In this document: in pieces, positions 18,637-24,000 of the stretch | Layout: every line of letters begins with the position of its first letter | Position numbering within the stretch: the stretch's first letter is position 1 | Translations under genes and position numbers: made by a program | Origin: Dethiosulfatarculus sandiegensis | GTDB lineage: Bacteria > Desulfobacterota > Desulfarculia > Desulfarculales > Desulfarculaceae | Length of the DNA stretch: 24,000 bases | Reading direction: 5' to 3' | NCBI RefSeq assembly: GCF_000931935.2 | Contig: NZ_AZAC01000027.1 | Location: forward strand, 7,194 to 31,193 | Notes under the pieces: generated by a model | The model's input: the letters and a program-made list of their open reading frames with translations, nothing else | Told to the model about the DNA's origin: nothing | Databases searched by the model: none

Positions 18637-19113
18637 CTATTTTTTTCTTGAAATTAGTTCAATGATTTTTTTGGTGTTTCTACTACTCAGGTAAATAGTT
18701 GTTAAGAATAGGCAAAAAGCAGTGCCAACTGTAACAAGCATGGCCACGCTCAAGTTGCGGTTTTTTGCTGTTCTGGTTTTTTTTTCAGGTTTCACCGAAA
18801 AACCATTTCTAGGTGGAATGCCTTTTTTCAGTGTTATATGTTCAGGTCCGACGTTGAGCATAATCTGATACGGTTCCTTGGGTATGGCAACGGTCAATTC
18901 ACCTTCTTGTGGCAGTCTTTTTTCGAAAAGTTTTTTGCCGGATATTTCGGAAACCAGCCTTACCATGGCACCAACGGCACGCGCCCCTGTGTCCAGCTTT
19001 CCGATAATGGTAATGCTGTCATTATTGTTATTAATTACGCTCAAATTTAATGAATGCGCAAAAACAGTAAACGGAGTCATTAATATAAGAAATGAAAATA
19101 GTAGCTTTTTCAT
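18637..19113 (-). CDS. Small exported/membrane-anchored protein of unknown function
   Basis: 158 aa with signal peptide MKKLLFSFLILMTPFTVFAHS, a beta-rich middle, and a C-terminal TM (LSVAMLVTVGTAFCLFLTTIYL). It ends the PepSY-TM operon. Confidence 0.65.
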   Translation of the reverse strand: MKKLLFSFLILMTPFTVFAHSLNLSVINNNNDSITIIGKLDTGARAVGAMVRLVSEISGKKLFEKRLPQEGELTVAIPKEPYQIMLNVGPEHITLKKGIPPRNGFSVKPEKKTRTAKNRNLSVAMLVTVGTAFCLFLTTIYLSSRNTKKIIELISRKK

Positions 19114-19127
19114 TTGGCAATATCCTT

Positions 19128-20696
19128 TTATCGTCCAAAAGTTAGCGTTTTTGTTTGACTTATGGTCTTTGATAAAACATACGCAACTCTGAGAAAAATT
19201 ACCCCAAGTGTTGCAAAGGCTAAATTAACAATGAATATAGTAAGCATATCATTATGGATCATTTCCATCGGTGTTGATCTGTTTTGAATGCAATAGATAA
19301 CAGGAACGATAAAATATAAAAATCCGCCAAGAGTCAACAGCTCCATGGCGGCTATCTTGGAGTGAATCCTGTAAAAAGACCAGGCAAAGGCGGCAATCCA
19401 AAAATCGAAAAATAAACCTTGCTGCCAGATAAGCCTGTCTTTCATGTCAAAAGGCAGCAGCCATTGCAGATTTAGTAATATTCCGGTGGCCGGTATGACG
19501 CCGATCATGAATGCCAGAGATAACTTGCTCACCCAATGATAAAAGGGAATATTCTTGCCAAAATATTTTTTCTTTTTTTCTAGCCAAAGCATCACTCCCA
19601 GGGCAATGCCAGTGCAACATCCCAACATCAACAGAAACACAAGTGATCTGGTGAATATATCAACACCAAAAAGGAGATGTAGAAAATAGACGGAATCGGT
19701 TAAAAGCACTCCCCATGGCCGATCCATTACCTTGGATTGTTTGATTAAATTACCATCATACCCGTTCAGGACAATGCTCGGTTTATTGCTTACCCCATTT
19801 AAGAATGGTACATAGGGGTTGTATCCCTCCAATTTAATTTTGGCGGATTTGTCCCCCCAATTTATAAGGGTGAGTTTCTGAAAATTTATATTTGAATTTA
19901 CCTTTTGGGCTTTTTTGATTAACTCCTTCAGGGGCAACATGGGTACGGGTTCATTTAGTTTTGGTATTGGCTTGTCTTTCGGAAACAATACTGGAAGAAT
20001 AAGGGGGCGGATGTTTGTCTTTTCACCATGTGTGGTGAGGTAGACAAGTGGCCCGGAGCCAACAAAGCTGAGACCCATAACAGTTGCGCATAGCACTATT
20101 ATCAAGAGAGGAGCCGAGCCCCAGAGCAGAAGTTTGCGATGCCAAAAGGAAAAAATATTTCGGTTGCTTTTTTTTGATCCCTTGAAGTCAAGCACGGAGA
20201 TAAGGATAAGTCCGCCGATAATGAGAAATAGAACACCGGCAGCCACAAGGCCAAAGATTGTGGTGCCAAGTTTTTTTAGGGGCCTGCCATAATGCATTCC
20301 ATTTAAAAACATGGCAAGATTTGAGCTCCCACCTTCGTCTTTTATCCGTTTTTGGGTTATTGGGTTGAATACGATCTTGGGAGAGTGCCTTTGTGATATC
20401 TGTAGGGCGGGATCTTCTCCGGCTCCTGGGAGATCAAGTAAAATTTCTTCCCCGGACAAGTTCGGATCCGACAATGCTTCTTCAAGCATCGGCTCGTAAT
20501 TTATCTCTGTGATTTCCATTGTTGGGAAGTGCCGGGAGGGCTTTTCCCATACTCTGATATACGGCATGAAGATTGCGTAAAGCCCAAAAAATAATGAGTT
20601 GTATAGCAGCAGTGAACAAATGATGCCCATTGCGACATGCCCACGATATAGTCTTTGTTTGTAGACATGTGAGTTGGCTTTGTGTGTGTTTTTCAT
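19128..20696 (-). CDS. PepSY-associated TM helix (PepSY_TM/PiuB-like) membrane protein
   Basis: Multiple TM segments with YRGHVAMGIICSLLLYNSLFFGLYAIF at the N-terminus, a FSFWHRKLLLWGSAPLLIIVLCATVMGL motif, and HLLFGVD near the last TM bundle. Start re-assigned from 20765 to MKNTHKANSH at 20696. Confidence 0.75.
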   Translation of the reverse strand: MKNTHKANSHVYKQRLYRGHVAMGIICSLLLYNSLFFGLYAIFMPYIRVWEKPSRHFPTMEITEINYEPMLEEALSDPNLSGEEILLDLPGAGEDPALQISQRHSPKIVFNPITQKRIKDEGGSSNLAMFLNGMHYGRPLKKLGTTIFGLVAAGVLFLIIGGLILISVLDFKGSKKSNRNIFSFWHRKLLLWGSAPLLIIVLCATVMGLSFVGSGPLVYLTTHGEKTNIRPLILPVLFPKDKPIPKLNEPVPMLPLKELIKKAQKVNSNINFQKLTLINWGDKSAKIKLEGYNPYVPFLNGVSNKPSIVLNGYDGNLIKQSKVMDRPWGVLLTDSVYFLHLLFGVDIFTRSLVFLLMLGCCTGIALGVMLWLEKKKKYFGKNIPFYHWVSKLSLAFMIGVIPATGILLNLQWLLPFDMKDRLIWQQGLFFDFWIAAFAWSFYRIHSKIAAMELLTLGGFLYFIVPVIYCIQNRSTPMEMIHNDMLTIFIVNLAFATLGVIFLRVAYVLSKTISQTKTLTFGR

Positions 20697-20706
20697 GTTT
20701 TTTGCT

Positions 20707-21021
20707 TTAATCCATGCATACAAAATAGATAATCCCTGCGTTGAAGCAGAGAGTAGGCACAACAAAACGAAGTAAGGTGCTTAATTTCGAGGGAGAAACT
20801 GATATCCATAGTGCGGCGCATGACCAGACAAGTGGTGTGAATAAAAATGGTAGAAAAACGGCAAGTTGTACTTTGTCAGGGATAAGGAAGACCAATAAAG
20901 TCATGCCGGAATAGGCAAGTAATAACCCTCCAAAAGTTGCACAGACAATTCTGAACCAACCAATTTTTGATCCGTTTTTTTCGGGTTTTTTCAGATAATC
21001 ATATAGGGTGAAAAGCGACAT
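20707..21021 (-). CDS. Small three-TM membrane protein (possibly like DUF3649/DUF3325-type partners of PepSY-TM proteins)
   Basis: MSLFTLYDYLKKPEKNGSKIGWFRIVCATFGGLLLAYSGMTLLVFLIPDK... with three hydrophobic segments, directly upstream of the PepSY-TM gene. AAGGG-like RBS upstream of 21021. Confidence 0.6.
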   Translation of the reverse strand: MSLFTLYDYLKKPEKNGSKIGWFRIVCATFGGLLLAYSGMTLLVFLIPDKVQLAVFLPFLFTPLVWSCAALWISVSPSKLSTLLRFVVPTLCFNAGIIYFVCMD

Positions 21022-21618
21022 AGGAATCAGGCCCTTATTAGAATCAAGTAGTGTTGCCACGATAGCCGGCTCCGGGGCGGCGTAACCAGGATTAAATGGT
21101 CTAGCCTCAGCGTGGTTTTTTAGCCATTGCCTGGTTAAGCATGCTTCGTGAGAATGGACATCAAATTGGGCATGCTTAAATTATTTTATAAGTTATAACA
21201 AATTATCTGAGCAATTCTAGCGGTAGATTATAATTTTGTAGCGGGATATGACGCCTGCTATTACCTATGATATTGCTTTTCTTTAATTTGGTCTGGGAAT
21301 ATAACCCATGGCTTGCCGGAAAGCCCTTGTGATTGGTGGGGAGGATCAAGCTGAGGCCTTTAATGGAGAGAGGCTTTTCAAGGCTCGTAGACTATATGGC
21401 GCACAATAAGGCAACTAGGTGTTAAATGCCGATGAGGCTCAATGCTTTTGACTTGAGGTGGATTTCACAGCCCGCGCTCTGGGAATAGCTGAAAGCAGTC
21501 TATGGATTAGGTCGAGGTGCTTTATACTAGTTTTCCTGTTTGACATCTCGAGCTTTAAGAGTTACCTATTTATATGCGTGCGCATGCATATAATAACTTC
21601 AAATCCTGAGAGGGCTTT

Positions 21619-21978
21619 ATGAAATGTGAAGAATGCGGAAGGTTCATGGAAGCTGACGAGGCGCGTGAGTTAAACGGTAAGCAACTGTGCGAGGATTGCT
21701 ATATCGATGCCATGACCCCGGTCAAAACCTGCGATCCATGGGCCACCTATACTGCCAGCCGTTTAGAAGACCAGGAGCTGAGTTCACGGCAGGAGGCTAT
21801 TCTGGCCTGCATTGATGAGAAAGGCGGAGCCACCCTGTCTGAGTTGTTGGCTGCTACTGGTTTGTCTGAAAAGGATTTTTTGCGCGAGTTCGCAGCTCTC
21901 AGACATATGGAGGTGGCGGCTGCGGCGCAGCAGGCGGATAACAACAAGGTTTTCGTACGGTTTGAGAAAAAAGACTAA
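21619..21978 (+). CDS. Zinc-ribbon/LIM-like plus winged-helix small protein
   Basis: 119 aa, MKCEECGRFMEADEARELNGKQLCEDCYID (CxxC...CxxC), followed by a helical segment QEAILACIDEKGGATLSELLAATGLSEKDFLREFAALRHM resembling a winged HTH. Confidence 0.65.
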   Translation: MKCEECGRFMEADEARELNGKQLCEDCYIDAMTPVKTCDPWATYTASRLEDQELSSRQEAILACIDEKGGATLSELLAATGLSEKDFLREFAALRHMEVAAAAQQADNNKVFVRFEKKD

Positions 21979-22073
21979 GTTATTTTAGGGGGGTGTAAAT
22001 ATGGCCGCCTGTTTTTCATTGTCAGGTTGTTTTTAAACCCGGCCTTGCTCGCCCGGATTGGGAGAAGTCTTAA

Positions 22074-22496
22074 TTGGATAATTTGGTAAGGCTCTTCGAT
22101 TTGATCGTGGTACTTGCCCGTCGCCGGTATCATGCTGCGGAGCACCATTTTAAAGTTTTAGGGCTCAACCATACCAAAGCCAACCTGTTGACTCTGCTTG
22201 ACCGGGAAGGCGGTGTGGCCACTCAGGAGGAGCTATCGAATTTGATCTTTTTAGATCGAAGCAATGCCGGTCGCGCTTTGAAATGCCTTGAAGAGCAAGG
22301 TTATGTTGAACGGCGTAAAAACACAGGTGATAAAAGAACGAACCTGGTTCAAATAACCACCAAGGGCAGCAAGGCGGTGATTGACATATCGCGGCTCAAG
22401 AAAAGGATCATAAAAAGCGTTTCCGGCGAGTTGAGCGATGAACAAGCCGGTCGCATCATGGAGATGCTGGAGAAGACTCTTAAGGCTGAAAAGTAA
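22074..22496 (+). CDS. MarR-family transcriptional regulator
   Basis: TTG start with GGAGAAG RBS. GLNHTKANLLTLLDREGGVATQEELSNLIFLDRSNAGRALKCLEEQGYVERRKNTGDKRTNLVQITTKG matches the MarR wHTH and wing. Confidence 0.85.
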   Translation: MDNLVRLFDLIVVLARRRYHAAEHHFKVLGLNHTKANLLTLLDREGGVATQEELSNLIFLDRSNAGRALKCLEEQGYVERRKNTGDKRTNLVQITTKGSKAVIDISRLKKRIIKSVSGELSDEQAGRIMEMLEKTLKAEK

Positions 22497-22625
22497 TGCC
22501 TCTCTTTTAATAATAGTTGCGATTAGCCGAAACCAGGCAGATGCCTGTTGTTTTAAATGCGGTCTCTTGTTTATCAGTCATCACCGCATGGTCCTACAAA
22601 ACCACCCCATAAAAGGAACCTGAAA

Positions 22626-23414
22626 TTGAGCACAAGCAGTGGAGCTAAGGTAACGGAGAAGACGAAAAAGGCTTTCTGGGAAAATCTGGCAAGGCATTAT
22701 CCCCTTCCTTTTGATAAAGAGGTTTTGGCCACCACGCAAAAGGTTTTTTCCATGGTCAAAAAAAGGGGGGTGACCTTCAGCAATGCCGAGATTCTGGATA
22801 TAGCCTGCGGCACCGGTATTTACACCTTGCCCCTGGCCGGTGAAGCAGCCGGGGTAACCGGGCTCGATGACTCTGAGGCCATGCTTGATCGGATGAAGCA
22901 GGTCATGGAGGCCAAAGGCATCCAAAACGTGCGGCCGGTTAAGGCATCGTGGGAAGATATAGATATCGCCGCCAAGGGGTTTCAAAAGGCGTTCGATATT
23001 GCCTGGGTGTCTATGACCCCGGCTATTCAAACCGCTCATGATTTTGACTTGATGGAACAATGCGCCAGAAAATGGTGCGTTTACATTGGCTGGGGGCGCA
23101 AACGGGAAAATGCCCTGATGCAGGAGATATTCAGCTCACACGGCCTTTCTTACGGCCCCCCGCCAAATATCGCAAAGGCCTACGATATCTTGCTGGAATC
23201 CGGACGAAAGCCCTCTTTGGATTACTTTGAGACAACCTGGTATTGGAAGGGAACCGCCAATGAAGCCCTTTCAGATATAGCGTTTCATATTGAAATGCAT
23301 GGGGAAAAGCCTCGTCGAGACCTGATTGCAAAAGCCCTGCACAGTTATGAACGAGATGGCGTGCTAAGCTATGCCACTGAGGTGGAACTGAGGCTTTTGG
23401 TGTGGCCGGTTTGA
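22626..23414 (+). CDS. Class I SAM-dependent methyltransferase
   Basis: Motif I ILDIACGTGIYTLPLAGEAAGVTGLDDSEAMLDRM. TTG start at 22626 preceded by AAAAGGAA fits better than the 22557 start in the track. Confidence 0.8.
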   Translation: MSTSSGAKVTEKTKKAFWENLARHYPLPFDKEVLATTQKVFSMVKKRGVTFSNAEILDIACGTGIYTLPLAGEAAGVTGLDDSEAMLDRMKQVMEAKGIQNVRPVKASWEDIDIAAKGFQKAFDIAWVSMTPAIQTAHDFDLMEQCARKWCVYIGWGRKRENALMQEIFSSHGLSYGPPPNIAKAYDILLESGRKPSLDYFETTWYWKGTANEALSDIAFHIEMHGEKPRRDLIAKALHSYERDGVLSYATEVELRLLVWPV

Positions 23415-23577
23415 GACGGCAGTTTTTGTAACGTGATTGAATCTGCGGCCTGAAAGGCGACTGAAAGGACTTCTCCGTGATCTTGAGCGCCGATCAGGTC
23501 GTAGAGGCAGGTCGACGGCCTTAAAGAGACTGTCTTGTTTTCTGTGTATGAGCCAATTACGGATTTGATTTAACATT

Positions 23578-24000
23578 TCAATTTTGCACCGCCCGAATTC
23601 TTTCGTCAAATAAGATAGCGAATTGATTCATGGCTGCGGTCCAATCCTTTGGCGGCCTCTTCCACTTTTCCGCCAGGTTTTTAATGGCAAGGTAAAGCAG
23701 CTTGGTGGCGGCCTGATCATTGGGGAAATGCCCCCTGGTTTTAACCGCTTTGCGCAGGCTGCGATTCAAGCTTTCGATGGCGTTTGTGGTGTAGATCACC
23801 CTTCGGATTTCGTGAGGATAGGACAGGAAGGGAATGATCTGCTCCCAATTGCGCCGCCATGACTGGCTGATGGTGGGATATTTGCCATCCCACTTTTCTT
23901 CGAATTCACAAAGCCGGCCCTCGGCGGCCTCGGTGGTCTCGGCCCGGTAGATGGCCTTGAGGTCGGCCGCCACTTGCTTGCGGTGCTTCCAGGGCACGAA
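23578..24000 (-). mobile_element. IS256-family (Mutator-like) transposase, C-terminal part, truncated by the window edge
   Basis: EKWDGKYPTISQSWRRNWEQIIPFLSYPHEIRRVIYTTNAIESLNRSLRKAVKTRGHFPNDQAATKLLYLAIKNLAEKW is the characteristic C-terminal region of IS256-family transposases. Confidence 0.92.

Noticed and set aside
23364-23609. 81-aa minus-strand ORF overlapping the end of the methyltransferase and the IS end
   Set aside because: Arg/Ser-rich, no family resemblance, spans the inferred IS boundary.
1-24000. CRISPR arrays, tRNA/rRNA genes, toxin-antitoxin or phage-defence modules
   Set aside because: No regular direct repeat-spacer pattern, tRNA/rRNA-like sequence or recognisable defence/TA protein was seen on reading both strands.

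Overview
This window looks like a deltaproteobacterial (Desulfobacterota-like, inferred) chromosomal segment. The centrepiece (5437-17022, minus strand) is a compact, apparently co-transcribed RsbRST (stressosome / partner-switching) signalling locus. In transcription order it encodes: a 1716-aa membrane sensor with four tandem periplasmic SBP_bac_3-like domains, one central TM helix and about five PAS domains but no recognisable output domain; a PAS-STAS RsbR-like protein; RsbS; RsbT; an RsbX-like PP2C phosphatase; a hybrid histidine kinase (HisKA-HATPase-REC-REC-HPt) whose N-terminus looks like a degenerate RsbT-type ATPase fold; and a REC-HD-GYP response regulator. This suggests a nutrient or solute-sensing stressosome feeding a phosphorelay and c-di-GMP turnover. 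To the left is a minus-strand radical SAM / methyltransferase / nucleotide-sugar dehydrogenase / radical SAM cassette. To the right are a plus-strand nif relic (NifA GAF N-terminus joined to a NifB/NifX-like C-terminal segment, frameshifted), a PepSY-TM membrane operon, a Zn-ribbon wHTH protein, a MarR regulator, a class I methyltransferase, and a truncated IS256-family transposase at the edge. No CRISPR array, rRNA or tRNA was recognised.
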